64,000 nucleotides of DNA from assembly GCA_022791495.1 (NCBI GenBank), contig JAAVZE010000001.1, positions 8,035 through 72,034 of the forward strand, read 5' to 3'. Below are positions 9,707-23,101 of the stretch, in pieces. The notes under the pieces are model-generated. The model was not told the DNA's origin. It made no database searches and was given only the letters and a program-made list of their open reading frames with translations. Source of the stretch: Eubacterium sp. (GTDB lineage Bacteria > Bacillota > Clostridia > Lachnospirales > Lachnospiraceae). A program made the position numbers and the translations under genes. Within the stretch, counting starts at the first letter, position 1, and each line of letters begins with the position of its first letter.

Positions 9707-10735
9707 CTAATTTGCCAGGTATTTTTTCATAACATCCGATAATTTCTGAGTATTCAGTGGTTTTGCGATATGCATATCCATTCCTGCCTGAATGGAAGCA
9801 CGTATATCCTCGGTAAAAATATATGCCGTCATTGCCACGATCGGTATTACTTTGGCATCTCTTCTCTCCATAGCACGAATTCTTTTGGTCGCTTCATTCC
9901 CATCCATAATAGGCATTTGAATATCCATAAAAACAAGGTCATAATAATCTTCCCAGGAATTTTGGAATTTTCTGACTGCTTCTTCTCCGTTTACAGCTTT
10001 ATCTATCTCTATACCCATCCCTTCTAAAATCTGACATGCTGTATCCATATTAATAGCATTATCTTCCACGATCAGAACCCTTTTATTCTCATATCTATCC
10101 TCTGTTCTCTGCTCATCAGCTTCTCTCCGAATAGCAGAGACAGGTTCCTCAAATACAGATTTATTTCCCTGTTCCTGGTTCAATTTCTCCACACTGGACA
10201 AGACCAGATCAGGATCTTTCCGGCGCACATCATCCAACGTATTTACGGATGCCAGCAGCGCATTGGATAATTCATGCTCCACCGTTGCATCGGTCAAAGT
10301 TAGTAAATAGCTGCCGTCATCACGGGGTACAATCTTTAAATATCCCCAACGATTCTGCTTTTTTCGCAAATCGATTATCTCGCACTCTTTCTGGACTGAG
10401 AGGATGATATTTCCGTCAAAAAAATCCCTCATAAAATTTTTTTCTTCGGATACAATGATTAGTTTCTCAAAAAGATAATTAATATCCTGATATATATGCT
10501 CTTTTCTTATCCCAAGCATCCAGCTCACACTATCCGTTACAAACATTACTTTTTTTTTCATAGGCGAATAAACGAGCATAACCATATCTATATTATTTGA
10601 AATCTGATTGATCAATTCCTCTCCCCACTGCTTTGCCTTATTCTTACTTCTCAGCAGCAGCCATCCCATTACAATAATTCCCAATAGCAATCCAATGATC
10701 CCGAACCCAAAATAGTTCCATAAATTTCCTCTCAT
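9707..10735 (-). CDS. Membrane-anchored protein with a PAS-like region and a C-terminal receiver domain (no kinase core)
   Basis: N-terminal TM helix; REC motifs VEDN, MDIQMP, MTA and AKP; no H-box or HATPase motifs seen. Confidence 0.75.
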   Translation of the reverse strand: MRGNLWNYFGFGIIGLLLGIIVMGWLLLRSKNKAKQWGEELINQISNNIDMVMLVYSPMKKKVMFVTDSVSWMLGIRKEHIYQDINYLFEKLIIVSEEKNFMRDFFDGNIILSVQKECEIIDLRKKQNRWGYLKIVPRDDGSYLLTLTDATVEHELSNALLASVNTLDDVRRKDPDLVLSSVEKLNQEQGNKSVFEEPVSAIRREADEQRTEDRYENKRVLIVEDNAINMDTACQILEGMGIEIDKAVNGEEAVRKFQNSWEDYYDLVFMDIQMPIMDGNEATKRIRAMERRDAKVIPIVAMTAYIFTEDIRASIQAGMDMHIAKPLNTQKLSDVMKKYLAN

Positions 10736-10871
10736 AGTACCTCCCTAACATTGATCATCCTGTAGTTGACAAAATAATCTATTTTGCCTAGTTAGATAGT
10801 GATACATTTTATTATAACACGCTTTTGAAATGATATCCAGTCCTTTCCGAATACAACTTTTTCATTTATAA

Positions 10872-10918
10872 AGATCAGCTCCTGTCTAAAACAAAACAGA
10901 AGCTGATCTTTATTTTTT
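10872..10918. terminator. Probable intrinsic terminator after the esterase gene
   Basis: Inverted repeat AAGATCAGCT...AGCTGATCTT with AT-rich flanks. Confidence 0.6.
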
Positions 10919-10952
10919 ATACAGCACTTAGAGAGATGGTTTGCGTCTCCAT

Positions 10953-12914
<1,962 letters not shown>

Positions 12915-13033
12915 TTAACTTCCCGGATAAACCACCTCGTTTCTTTTTTAGTGCTGTATTAATTTCATAATAACGGATAAATTGGAAATTGTAAACAAAA
13001 TTTGTATGATTTACACCAAATTTTTTAGTACTT

Positions 13034-13810
13034 TCATCGTAAATATTTATTTTCATTATGTTTTAATAACTTATCCATAAAAGATTTTTTCATGATCGAT
13101 CCAATCTGCAGTACGTCACTGCTTCCCTTTAGGTAAATATAACGGTTTACAGAATCGACTTTCTTAATGTAAGACAAATTTACTATGGTACCCCGGTTAC
13201 ATTTTGTAAAATCTTCACAATCCAGTTCTTCCAGCATAACTTTACAGGATTTATTGGGAATCGTAAAGTTATCATCAATAGTTGTAATATTTAACACATG
13301 CTCCCTGCTCTGAATGTAAACAATCTCTCTGACAGGAATCATTTGCAGCAATCCATCCATATGAAAAATAATATTCTGATCCCGTTTATCCGGTGTGTGA
13401 TATTTCATTGCCTCCCAAACCGTTTGTCTGACCTTCTCCCTATCAAAGGGCTTTTCAATAAACCGATAGCAGTGTACCGATGCATACATATGCATTTTAG
13501 GATCATACAAAGAAGTAAGTATGACGATCGGCGTAAACCTATATTTTTCAATTGTTCTTATATTTTGTGCAAAATAAGCACCTGACTGATCTCCCATAAT
13601 TTCAGGATGAAGAATAATATCTACAAGAAACAAGTCGATGCTTCTTTTCATGACAGCAGCATACGCTTCCTCTTCTCCTGCAAAGGCATAAATCACCGCA
13701 TTGGGATCAACCTCTTTGACTATTTGTATCAAAGCATCCCTTGCAGCCTTTTTATCTTCCAGAATGAGAATCTCTTTCAAACAAATCACTCCTTTAATAC
13801 ATTTCATCAA
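13034..13810 (-). CDS. LytTR-family response regulator (AgrA-like)
   Basis: N-terminal REC domain (ILED, LVDI, EKP) and LytTR tail (FTKCNRGTIVNL). Confidence 0.88.
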   Translation of the reverse strand: MMKCIKGVICLKEILILEDKKAARDALIQIVKEVDPNAVIYAFAGEEEAYAAVMKRSIDLFLVDIILHPEIMGDQSGAYFAQNIRTIEKYRFTPIVILTSLYDPKMHMYASVHCYRFIEKPFDREKVRQTVWEAMKYHTPDKRDQNIIFHMDGLLQMIPVREIVYIQSREHVLNITTIDDNFTIPNKSCKVMLEELDCEDFTKCNRGTIVNLSYIKKVDSVNRYIYLKGSSDVLQIGSIMKKSFMDKLLKHNENKYLR

Positions 13811-13951
13811 ACTATGTTTTTAGTCAGATAACCGCATAAAATGCAATATGGCTAGACAAAAAATATGCTTTTATGACGACATACCACCACCTGGGATACT
13901 ATCTCAATCTTCCCGGACAATTTTTGTTAAGATTGCGATAGGAGGTATGTC

Positions 13952-14506
13952 ATGATGATTCAAGATTATTTACAAGCCAGTTTTGGCTATACAGATTTTC
14001 AAATTGAACAGATTCGCTATACCGTAATAAGTCTGCTTTCAGAAATAAGTAAGCTCTTTATCATGGGTATATTTTTTACAATGACCCATCATCTTCCCCA
14101 ATACCTCATCGCTATCATCGTACTGCTCATCCTGAGAACCTGTACGGGAGGATTGCATTTTAAACACTATTTCAGCTGTCTGCTTGTGTCATTTCTCATT
14201 TTTTACCTTGGTATATGCCAGCTTCCCAACATCACACTTCCCAGGCCGGCATACTTTATATTACTTTTAATCTGTGTGATTATCAATTATCTTTTTGCCC
14301 CTGTCGTTTCCTCCTACCGTCCCATCCCCAATGGTATACTGGTAAGAAAGTCCAAACGACAGGCATTTGCCATGATCACGTTGTATGCTCTCATCATGTT
14401 TATTGTTCCTGTCAATCAGTATACCATTACTGGTTTTTGGATAATCCTGCTGCAATCGTTTCAACTCATTGTAGCAAATATACGAAAAAGGAGGTCTGTT
14501 CCATGA
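13952..14506 (+). CDS. agrB: AgrB-family peptide-processing membrane protein
   Basis: LRTCTGGLHF...SC catalytic His/Cys motif, FAPV motif and multiple TM helices. Confidence 0.88.
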   Translation: MMIQDYLQASFGYTDFQIEQIRYTVISLLSEISKLFIMGIFFTMTHHLPQYLIAIIVLLILRTCTGGLHFKHYFSCLLVSFLIFYLGICQLPNITLPRPAYFILLLICVIINYLFAPVVSSYRPIPNGILVRKSKRQAFAMITLYALIMFIVPVNQYTITGFWIILLQSFQLIVANIRKRRSVP

Positions 14507-14640
14507 AACATTTTGCAAAATCCTGGTTATTTAAAGCATGCAATTTCTGCATTGTCGCCGGTGGAATTCTTCACTGGACAAAAGTGAGCCTGCTTTTGTT
14601 CGGCGAGCAAAAATATCCGGAAGAACCAAAACACGAATGA
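14503..14640 (+). CDS. agrD: AgrD-like autoinducer precursor, 45 aa (MKHFAKSWLFKACNFCIVAGGILHWTKVSLLLFGEQKYPEEPKHE)
   Basis: AGGAGG RBS, ATGA overlap with the agrB stop, amphipathic leader, SLLLF core and a charged Pro-containing tail. Confidence 0.8.
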   Translation: MKHFAKSWLFKACNFCIVAGGILHWTKVSLLLFGEQKYPEEPKHE

Positions 14641-14645
14641 TTTTA

Positions 14646-14678
14646 TTCAACGGCGCCAATTTAAATTGGTGCCGTCGA
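14646..14678. terminator. Hairpin between convergent agrD and the kinase gene
   Basis: TCAACGGCGCCAATTTAAATTGGTGCCGTCGA near-palindrome. Confidence 0.55.
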
Positions 14679-14723
14679 GGTAAAGATGATACACTATTGC
14701 AAAAACCCAAAATCTTTCGACTC

Positions 14724-15980
14724 TCATTCAGTTAAATGGATCATAAATACAATACGAGTACTTTCCTTCTTCTCAAAATAGATATTCAGTTCACAATCAT
14801 ACTCCTTCAGTATCTCAACCAAATTAGCAAGACCTGTTCCCCTGCCTGTTCCTTTTGTCGAATAACCAGGCTGAACAAACAACCCAAACTCCCGTCTCGA
14901 AAAAATCTCTGAGTCATTTTTCACTGCAATATGTATGGAATCAGCAGCTTCACAAACCTTTACAAAAACCCCCTTTGAATCCCGTTCTTCCACTGCTTCA
15001 ATGGCATTATCCAATAGAATACCCAGGATCTCCACAATTTTATATTGTGGGATACGGCATTTCATCTCCTCAATCTTTACCTCATATTCGATATTACATC
15101 CCTTTCTCTCCGCCTCTATAAATTTAGAATAAAGAAAACCAATAATAATAGGTGAACCCCCAGATAGCAGCCGGGAATACCGGTTATCTCTAAGAAGTTC
15201 ACCACAATAGTCTTTCTGCATGGCAACAAGTTCATCATAATTACTTGCCGCAATATGTAAACTGTATACCGCATTAATATGATTATTAAAATCATGTTGC
15301 TTTTTGCGAATCGTTTCTAATAGCTGTTTATATACATCATCATAGGTGTTTCTCAGTTCAATTTCTTTTTCCCTTGCAATTTTTTCAGATTTCTCCTGCT
15401 GCCACTTTACTATGAAAACTCCGATCAAAATCGTCCACATTCCAAATATGATGTAATCTGTAACCCTCATAAAATCTGTGAGTTTATATGCCACCAGAAG
15501 ATAAAACGCACCAATGAATGAAATTCCTGTTGCAATATTGATCAGCATATTAAAATTCATGGCGCCCCTGGATATTCTTAACAGTCTTCCGTTCCTGCTA
15601 ATCCCCCAAAATACCAGTATCAGCAGAACATTGATACTTATCATAAGTATATCAATATCAACATATCCTTCCAGTAAAAAAGCAGGAATGGAACAGATCA
15701 CCTGTGTCACCACACCAAATATAATGAACAATATCAGATTGACATTTGCCATCCGAATGGTACATTTAAATTTTACCAATTCATAAATGTAAATGCCAAT
15801 ATACCCAAAGAGAGCTATCCCCTTGGACAGCCCCAGATAATTAGTACCTTCTATTATGATCAGCTCTGATAATATAAATACAGCATCGTAAATCTGAAAA
15901 TGGTATTTCTTGCAAAAGAAATGATTCACACAGATCAGAGTTGCTATCATTTCCAGTACTGTATTTATACAGGTCAGCAT
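14724..15980 (-). CDS. AgrC-like GHKL sensor histidine kinase
   Basis: Multi-TM N-terminus, QHDFNNH H-box, LLDNAIEA N-box and GYSTKGTGRGTGL G-box. Confidence 0.9.
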   Translation of the reverse strand: MLTCINTVLEMIATLICVNHFFCKKYHFQIYDAVFILSELIIIEGTNYLGLSKGIALFGYIGIYIYELVKFKCTIRMANVNLILFIIFGVVTQVICSIPAFLLEGYVDIDILMISINVLLILVFWGISRNGRLLRISRGAMNFNMLINIATGISFIGAFYLLVAYKLTDFMRVTDYIIFGMWTILIGVFIVKWQQEKSEKIAREKEIELRNTYDDVYKQLLETIRKKQHDFNNHINAVYSLHIAASNYDELVAMQKDYCGELLRDNRYSRLLSGGSPIIIGFLYSKFIEAERKGCNIEYEVKIEEMKCRIPQYKIVEILGILLDNAIEAVEERDSKGVFVKVCEAADSIHIAVKNDSEIFSRREFGLFVQPGYSTKGTGRGTGLANLVEILKEYDCELNIYFEKKESTRIVFMIHLTE

Positions 15981-15984
15981 CTCT

Positions 15985-16362
15985 TTATTTTTCTCCTTTG
16001 TTCATTTCTTCTAAGTACTGGGCATATACCCTCAGTCTTTGTGCAATACCAGCAGGCGTCAACTGCTGCATTTCCGATTCATCTGTATTTAATAGAGCGG
16101 GCTCTGAAGTAATTCCATATATAAAATTCATATCACAATGCAATTCTTTTGCCAGAATATATGCATAAGAACTGGACAAACCAGTTTCTCCTCTTTCAAT
16201 CCGATATACACCATCTTCTGAGATATGGAAAATCTCTGCGAGTTCTTTTCTTTTTATTTGAAAAACCTCTCTGAATTTCTTTAGGTTCGCTCCAATTAGC
16301 GCATCTTCAAAACATCTCTCGCCCATATTTATGCCCCTTTGCTTTTTATTCCATGATACCAA
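15985..16362 (-). CDS. XRE-family HTH regulator
   Basis: LKKFRE...ELAEIFHISEDGVYRIERGE; likely start is the internal MGER. Confidence 0.8.
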   Translation of the reverse strand: MVSWNKKQRGINMGERCFEDALIGANLKKFREVFQIKRKELAEIFHISEDGVYRIERGETGLSSSYAYILAKELHCDMNFIYGITSEPALLNTDESEMQQLTPAGIAQRLRVYAQYLEEMNKGEK

Positions 16363-16392
16363 TAAACAGCATAATTATGAGTGGTAATATCT

Positions 16393-16406
16393 ACCGGATA
16401 TCCGGT
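16393..16406. promoter_or_regulatory. Perfect 14-bp palindrome ACCGGATATCCGGT, candidate operator
   Basis: Seen directly upstream of the XRE-kinase operon. Confidence 0.45.
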
Positions 16407-16543
16407 GTTTTATCCCGCTTTCATTCCCTTTGCAGATGAAACCAAAGAATTACTCTGATAATTTAAATAGATTGTCACATGATATAAACAGAGCCAGGAA
16501 ATACTATATATTTAGCATTTCCTGGCCCATGTACAGAACTTCC

Positions 16544-17614
16544 TTAATCATTCATATTTGCCAGCTTTGCCGCCTGGTCAGCGGCGATCAGGCTGTCGAT
16601 CACCTCATTCAGATCCCCGTCGATAATAGAATCCAGGCGGTGCAGTGTCAGTTTAATTCTATGATCTGTAACCCTTCCCTGAGGATAATTATAGGTTCTT
16701 ATTTTCTCGGAACGGTCTCCTGTTCCAATCTGGCTTCTTCGTTTCTCAGCCTCCTCATCATGTGCCTTGGCGCACTCCAATTCGTAAAGTCTGGCACGGA
16801 GCACTTTCATCGCCTTATCTTTATTTTTTAACTGGGATTTTTCATCCTGGCAGGAAACGACGATCCCAGTGGGAATATGAGTAAGCCGCACTGCTGAGTC
16901 CGTCGTGTTGACGCACTGACCACCATTACCGGAAGCACGAAACACGTCAAATTTACAGTCATTTAGATCGATCTCCACCTCCACGTCCTCTACCTCAGGC
17001 ATGATCGCCACCGTCGCTGTGGAGGTATGAATCCGCCCGCCAGACTCCGTCGTTGGAATTCTCTGGACACGATGAACTCCGCTCTCATATTTCAGTTTAG
17101 AATAGGCACCAGAACCATTGATCATAAATACAATTTCTTTAAAACCTCCAATTCCATTCTCGTTGGAATTCATCGTATCAATCTTCCAGCGGTTCGTTTC
17201 TGCATATTTACAGTACATGCGGTAAAGATCTGCAGCAAACAGAGCCGCCTCATCCCCACCGGCCCCGGCACGAATCTCCACGATAACATTCTTATCATCA
17301 TTGGGGTCTTTAGGAAGAAGAAGAATGCGAAGCTCCTGTTCGATCTCTTCGATACTTGCCTTGCACTCATTCAGCTCTTCTTTGGCAAGTTCCCGCATCT
17401 CTTCGTCATTTTCTTCCTCGAGAATTGCCAGGCTGTCCTCGATGCCATCCTTCGCCGCCTTATATTCTTTATATTTGGTCACAACAGGCTCCAGATCAGC
17501 CTGTTCCTTCATCAGCTTCTGGTAGCGGCTCTGATCGTTGAGCACATCCGGTTCACTGAGCTCATTCAGCACCTCTTCATAACGCAGTAATGTATCTTCC
17601 AGCTTATCAAACAT
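16544..17614 (-). CDS. prfA: Peptide chain release factor 1
   Basis: [12 protein letters not shown] (PxT) and GGQ motifs; likely start MFDKLE at 17614. Confidence 0.96.
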   Translation of the reverse strand: MFDKLEDTLLRYEEVLNELSEPDVLNDQSRYQKLMKEQADLEPVVTKYKEYKAAKDGIEDSLAILEEENDEEMRELAKEELNECKASIEEIEQELRILLLPKDPNDDKNVIVEIRAGAGGDEAALFAADLYRMYCKYAETNRWKIDTMNSNENGIGGFKEIVFMINGSGAYSKLKYESGVHRVQRIPTTESGGRIHTSTATVAIMPEVEDVEVEIDLNDCKFDVFRASGNGGQCVNTTDSAVRLTHIPTGIVVSCQDEKSQLKNKDKAMKVLRARLYELECAKAHDEEAEKRRSQIGTGDRSEKIRTYNYPQGRVTDHRIKLTLHRLDSIIDGDLNEVIDSLIAADQAAKLANMND

Positions 17615-17630
17615 AAACTTCTTTCCTTCC

Positions 17631-19628
17631 TTATTGATCCATATAATTTCCAATCACAACCCGGTCATGCCCCATAAGATCCTTACTTACCATGACATGA
17701 GAGAAACCATTCCTCTCCATAAGCTTTCTCACGCGCTCTCCCTGATTGTATCCAATTTCCAGGCACAGCAATCCCCCTAGTTTCAGATACTCCGAAGCCC
17801 CTTCCACAATTTTCTGATAAAAATCCATACCCTCCGGGCCTCCATCAAGAGCCGATCGCGGTTCAAAATCTTTTACTTCAGGCATTAGTTCTGATATCAT
17901 ACCGGTCTCAATATAAGGTGGATTTGACACGATTACATCATATGTTCCCTGAACAGGATCCCAGAGATCACCACAAACCATAGAAATCCCCTGCTTTGTA
18001 TGCAGAAATCTCCCATATTCCCTCTGCAGTCGCAGCAGATTTTTCTTAGCCATCTCCAGCGCTTTCACTGAAACATCACTGAGAACAACTTCATTAGGCG
18101 TGCCAGCCACTGCAATGCTCAGACCGATGCACCCAGAACCAGTACACAGATCCAGAACCCGTTTCCCAGCGCAGAGGGGAATCGCTGTCTCTACTAATAA
18201 CTCTGTATCCTGTCTTGGGATCAGAACATTTTCATCCACCTCGAAGACCAGCCCCATGAATTCCGTATAACCTAATATATACTCCAGGGGAATCCGCTGA
18301 ATACGCTTTTTTACTGCTGCAAAAAATCTATTCTGAACCGTCTCATCCACCTCATCCTCCTGTTGAATAAAATAATCGTTCCGGCGGTATGAAAAATCTT
18401 TATTGCTAAAACATGACTGTAGAAGATACCAGGCATTTTCTCCTGGCTCTGGCACCCCTGCCCGAAACAGTTCCAACCGCCCCTGTTCCAACATCTGTCT
18501 CAGGGTCATTTTATCTTCTTCTTTCACAGAATCATCAAAATACCGGTCCAACGCATGAAGGATCTCATCATCTTCTTCGTTATCACTGACCTCAACTATT
18601 TCAAAACCGGCATCCTCCAGTTCTGACTTCTCATCTGTGGCAGCAGCTTCTTCTATATTTTCACCTGTATCTTCCCGGGCAGGCTGCTCTGCGCTTTCCT
18701 TCAGAAACTTTTTCCAGTCAAAAACTGCCTCTACCGAAGATATCGCCACCTCCAGCATTGCATCCTCTGGTTCTTTTGTAGTCAGAGACTGCAGCCAAAG
18801 TCCGGGTTTGCTCAATATCTTCATAATTGGATTCTCCGTCTTTCCTGCAAAAATAATAAATTCATAGGAAAGTCCCGCGATAACCGGAATCAGTAAAACA
18901 CGCAGGAGCATTCGAAGCCAGAGCGTAGATACGGATATAAACATAAAAAACAAAATGCTCACAAACATGACCACCAGCATAAAACTGGTACCACATCTTT
19001 TGTGTACCGTAGTCTGCTTCCGAGCATTATCCACAGTCAGTTCCAGCCCGTTTTCCAGACAGTTAATACACTTATGTTCTGCTCCGTGATACATAAAAAC
19101 CCGATGGATATCTTCCATACAAGAAATAGTCTTAACATAAATCACAAACAGCGCCACACGGATCACACCCTCGATCAGCCCCCGCAGCTGAACAGAAGGA
19201 ACTGCCTTCGACAAAAGTTCTGATACGAAAAAGGGAAGGAGAACAAACAAGCCCACAGCCAGAATCACTGCCAGCATTACCACGAGCCCCATCACAAGAT
19301 CATTTCCTTTGCCCTGTTCCGGATTCTTGTTTTTATCATTTTTTTTCTGAGTACCAGCCTTCTGCTCTTCCTCTTCCCAGAAACTTGCTGAATAATTCAA
19401 TGTCTTCGTTCCCATAACCAGGGATTCAACAAAGGCAACGATCCCGCGAACCACCGGAATACCAGCTATGGCATATCGATCCTTCAGACTTTTATATTTT
19501 TCTACCTTGACCTCAATCTTTCCATCCGGTTTGCGCACAGAAACCGCATACCGGTCCGACGCTTTCATCATAACGCCTTCGATCACAGCCTGACCGCCAA
19601 TACCTGAATATCTCATATCTGACATCAT
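17631..19628 (-). CDS. prmC: DUF1385 membrane domain fused to release-factor glutamine methyltransferase PrmC
   Basis: N-terminal [18 protein letters not shown] and HKRCGTSF; acidic linker; [17 protein letters not shown] and NPPY. Confidence 0.88.
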   Translation of the reverse strand: MMSDMRYSGIGGQAVIEGVMMKASDRYAVSVRKPDGKIEVKVEKYKSLKDRYAIAGIPVVRGIVAFVESLVMGTKTLNYSASFWEEEEQKAGTQKKNDKNKNPEQGKGNDLVMGLVVMLAVILAVGLFVLLPFFVSELLSKAVPSVQLRGLIEGVIRVALFVIYVKTISCMEDIHRVFMYHGAEHKCINCLENGLELTVDNARKQTTVHKRCGTSFMLVVMFVSILFFMFISVSTLWLRMLLRVLLIPVIAGLSYEFIIFAGKTENPIMKILSKPGLWLQSLTTKEPEDAMLEVAISSVEAVFDWKKFLKESAEQPAREDTGENIEEAAATDEKSELEDAGFEIVEVSDNEEDDEILHALDRYFDDSVKEEDKMTLRQMLEQGRLELFRAGVPEPGENAWYLLQSCFSNKDFSYRRNDYFIQQEDEVDETVQNRFFAAVKKRIQRIPLEYILGYTEFMGLVFEVDENVLIPRQDTELLVETAIPLCAGKRVLDLCTGSGCIGLSIAVAGTPNEVVLSDVSVKALEMAKKNLLRLQREYGRFLHTKQGISMVCGDLWDPVQGTYDVIVSNPPYIETGMISELMPEVKDFEPRSALDGGPEGMDFYQKIVEGASEYLKLGGLLCLEIGYNQGERVRKLMERNGFSHVMVSKDLMGHDRVVIGNYMDQ

Positions 19629-19768
19629 CCTTTTCTGTGTATAAACTACTCTAAGCTCGACGGTGCCAGTTGGAACCCTGCTTCGTCGAGCTGAATATGC
19701 AACAACTCCGCAAGCCTCAGTATCATCAATACAGAAACATGCGGAGCCATACTCTGTTCATAATCTGC

Positions 19769-19969
19769 TTATTTTAAGCCATATTTACGATTGAACTTGT
19801 CAATCGCACCACGAGCTGCCATGGACTTCTGCTGTCCTGTGTAGAATGGATGGCATTTAGAACATACTTCTACGTGAATATCTTCTTTGGTCGAACCTGT
19901 CGTAAACTCATTTCCGCAGTTGCACACAACCTTTGCCTGAAAATATTCTGGATGGATTCCCTCTCTCAT
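19769..19969 (-). CDS. rpmE: 50S ribosomal protein L31 (Zn-binding type)
   Basis: MREGIHPEY...CNCG...[10 protein letters not shown]. Confidence 0.97.
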   Translation of the reverse strand: MREGIHPEYFQAKVVCNCGNEFTTGSTKEDIHVEVCSKCHPFYTGQQKSMAARGAIDKFNRKYGLK

Positions 19970-20062
19970 GTATTTTCACCTCACTACTAAAATTTTCAAT
20001 TCTCAAAAACGGCTTTTTCATTGTATCATAACTTTTTTCAAAATGCAAGAGTTTTCTAGTGT

Positions 20063-21676
20063 TTAATGAAGCTTGATTTTTTTTATCGTTTCAATAAATT
20101 CCTGATTATTTTTGGTTTTGCGGAACTGATTGATGATCTGCTCCAGATTATTTTCTGTATTGGAATTTCCCCCCAGCGCCTTGCGCATAAGGAACACTGC
20201 TTCCAGTTCACTCTGGTTCAGCAGAAGATCTTCCCGCCTGGTACTCGACTTCTGTATGTCGATCGCCGGAAACACACGCTTTTCCGATAAGTGACGGTCA
20301 AGAACCAGTTCCATGTTGCCAGTCCCCTTAAATTCTTCAAATACCACATCATCCATTCGGCTTCCGGTATCTACCAGTGCCGTGGCAAGGATCGTAAGAC
20401 TTCCGCCCTCTCTCATATTTCTTGCCGCGCCAAAGAAACGCTTTGGCATATGCAGGGCGGCCGGATCAAGACCTCCTGAAAGCGTGCGCCCGCTGGGGGT
20501 AACAGTGAGGTTGTAAGCTCTGGCAAGACGAGTGATACTGTCAAGAAGAATCACCACATCATCACCGCCCTCCACAAGACGTTTGGCTCTCTCGATCACC
20601 ATTTCTGATACCCGTTTATGATTCTCCGGAAGTTCATCAAAGGTAGAATAGATCACTTCTACCCGCTCCCCCTCGATGGATTCTTTGATATCCGTAACTT
20701 CCTCCGGGCGCTCATCGATAAGCAGGATCAAAAGATGCATTTCCGGATAATTTCTCGTAATAGCACTCGCTACCTGTTTTAGCAGAGTGGTCTTACCAGT
20801 TTTTGGCTGGGATACAATCATCCCCCTCTGTCCTTTTCCGATCGGTGCGATCAGATCCAGCATTCTCATAGCTACGCCGGAACCAGGTGTCTCCAAATGT
20901 ATCCTTTCATTTGGGAAAACGGGTGTTAGGTCTTCAAATTTGTGCCTGCGGGCAAGATATGTGATGGGATGCCCATTGACACTTTTCATATAAAGAAGTG
21001 CACTGAACTTCTCATTCTGTGTCTTCACCCGGATGTTTCCCTCTACGATATCTCCGGTACGAAGTCCAAATCTTCTGAGAAATGCTGGCGAAACATAGAC
21101 GTCATTTTCTCCAGGAAGGAAATTATCACAGCGGATAAATCCGTATCCTTCCGGCATAATCTCCAAAATCCCTCTTTTGGTGATACCACTATCCAGCTCT
21201 TTAATCTCCTTAGGATGAACATCTGACACCTGACGGTCCTTGGCAATGGTGATCAGGCCAGCCTTCACCACATCCTCAATAGTACGAAGCGGGTGGCTCT
21301 CCTGCTGCTCCATGTGGTTATCCTGCCGGTTCTCGCTGCGGTGTGCGCCGGCATTACTATTTTTGGCATGTCCCCTGTCCCCGTGATTGGGAATGTATGT
21401 ATATGCCTGTTTTTTGTTCTCTTCCTTTTCCGTCGTCTGAGCCGCATTTTCCTCAACTCTTTTGACAGTTCTTTCTCTCTTTGGGTACTCCTCTGACGGA
21501 ACTGCTTTCTGGGCTTCGGGCCGCGTCAGTTTTTCCAGTTCGTGCACCAGGTCCCCCTTCCGCAGACCAGACACACCAGACAACCCTTTTTCCTTCGCCA
21601 TTTCACGAAGTTCCTTCAACGATAATTTAGCTAAATCCATTCTTTCTGTCCTTTCTGAAAGCCAAACGCCATTCAT
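20063..21676 (-). CDS. rho: Transcription termination factor Rho with an N-terminal insertion
   Basis: [36 protein letters not shown] and EFKGTGNME. Confidence 0.96.
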   Translation of the reverse strand: MNGVWLSERTERMDLAKLSLKELREMAKEKGLSGVSGLRKGDLVHELEKLTRPEAQKAVPSEEYPKRERTVKRVEENAAQTTEKEENKKQAYTYIPNHGDRGHAKNSNAGAHRSENRQDNHMEQQESHPLRTIEDVVKAGLITIAKDRQVSDVHPKEIKELDSGITKRGILEIMPEGYGFIRCDNFLPGENDVYVSPAFLRRFGLRTGDIVEGNIRVKTQNEKFSALLYMKSVNGHPITYLARRHKFEDLTPVFPNERIHLETPGSGVAMRMLDLIAPIGKGQRGMIVSQPKTGKTTLLKQVASAITRNYPEMHLLILLIDERPEEVTDIKESIEGERVEVIYSTFDELPENHKRVSEMVIERAKRLVEGGDDVVILLDSITRLARAYNLTVTPSGRTLSGGLDPAALHMPKRFFGAARNMREGGSLTILATALVDTGSRMDDVVFEEFKGTGNMELVLDRHLSEKRVFPAIDIQKSSTRREDLLLNQSELEAVFLMRKALGGNSNTENNLEQIINQFRKTKNNQEFIETIKKIKLH

Positions 21677-21705
21677 AACTTGATCTGTCCCGAATGTTTT
21701 GGCAA

Positions 21706-22998
21706 TTAAAATTCAATACCATTCTTCTTCATAAGCTCTCTTGCACTTTCCAGGGAGTCCACACCTGTAGCATTTTTGATTGGCGCAAATTCTCTGTCTC
21801 TTATTACTTCAAAAGACAGGCAGTTATTCATCATATGTATCATATCTAATACCAGAGTCTCGAATTTATATCCGTTTGTTTCCTCTGGCTTTACATATTC
21901 CGCATTTTCATTAATATAAGGGATTTTTTTCTCCACTATATGAGTAGGAAGATTTTGATTCATAATTCGTGTGAGAACCTCTACATTGAAAAGGTAGTTC
22001 AAGATTACTCCATAATTATAAAGAAGTTTTCCTTCTTCGTCCCGCGAATGGATCATCTCATCTGTCATCTCATAATATTCCACAATAGAAGGCTTTCCAT
22101 TCTCCAGACACAGCACACCAACTCTTTCATTCGGATCCGCCTTTGCCACTACTTTGGAGCCGCAGACACAGCTATTTTCAATCACAGCACCAACAAATAC
22201 CGGATCTGCAATCTTTTGGAGAACATTATCTACAGAAAATACATTGAGCCACTCTACCCCCATCTCTAAAATCTTGTCCAAAAGACCAGCATTGGCAAGA
22301 GAAATGAACCAGCCGCCGTTACCATTTGGGGAAGATGAGATTTTATATTTCTCTTCCATAAGTATTTTACCATCATACCCTACTGACGGTGCCATTTTCT
22401 GCACAAAGAAATATACATATTTCCTCTCATATCCAAAATAACCGTTTTCCTCAAAAAAATCAACTGTGTCTTTGTGATTTTTTTCACTTGTCATAATAAA
22501 GAGTGGAATCCACTTTCCCGCTTGATCTACCACATGAAGCATATTATGGATCAACTGTTCAAAAAGATACAGATCTTTTTCCACACCTACATTTAACATC
22601 CCTTTGGGCTTATCCAGTCCAAGCCTCGTCCCCTGACCGCCTGCCAGAAGCACAGCACCCACACGGCGCTCTTTTAAGGCCCGGATCCCGACGCTCTCAT
22701 ACCTATGTCTGTTTTTCTGTATTTCGTCGATCGTCACTGCCCCAAGAGGCTCTAGTTTTCCTCTTGGCGCCTTCTCGGACTCGTTCTGAACCAGATTCAG
22801 AAGATCCATATCCAGTCCTTCAATCTGTTCCAGCAGAAAAGACCTCTGTTCTTCGTCCAATTCATCCCAGTAACGAAGCAAATGCTCCTGACCGACAGCA
22901 GAAAGTTTCCTTTTCGCTTGTTCTAACGTCATCTGACAAACCTTCCTCTCAAAATTTTCTAATTTATACTCTATTGTACCATTAATATAAAAAAGCAC
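21706..22998 (-). CDS. UDPGP-family (UDP-GlcNAc/UDP-sugar) pyrophosphorylase
   Basis: LLAGGQGTRLG...PKG, PNGNGG, VDN, KFE and EFAPIKN. Confidence 0.88.
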   Translation of the reverse strand: MLFYINGTIEYKLENFERKVCQMTLEQAKRKLSAVGQEHLLRYWDELDEEQRSFLLEQIEGLDMDLLNLVQNESEKAPRGKLEPLGAVTIDEIQKNRHRYESVGIRALKERRVGAVLLAGGQGTRLGLDKPKGMLNVGVEKDLYLFEQLIHNMLHVVDQAGKWIPLFIMTSEKNHKDTVDFFEENGYFGYERKYVYFFVQKMAPSVGYDGKILMEEKYKISSSPNGNGGWFISLANAGLLDKILEMGVEWLNVFSVDNVLQKIADPVFVGAVIENSCVCGSKVVAKADPNERVGVLCLENGKPSIVEYYEMTDEMIHSRDEEGKLLYNYGVILNYLFNVEVLTRIMNQNLPTHIVEKKIPYINENAEYVKPEETNGYKFETLVLDMIHMMNNCLSFEVIRDREFAPIKNATGVDSLESARELMKKNGIEF

Positions 22999-23101
22999 AA
23001 GTAGTTTTGAGAAACTAAAGAAGATTTTTTATATATTGTCTTTACTTATTAAAAGTGGTAGAATAAATGGGATAAATTTGGAGTCAAAACGGAGGATCAC
23101 T

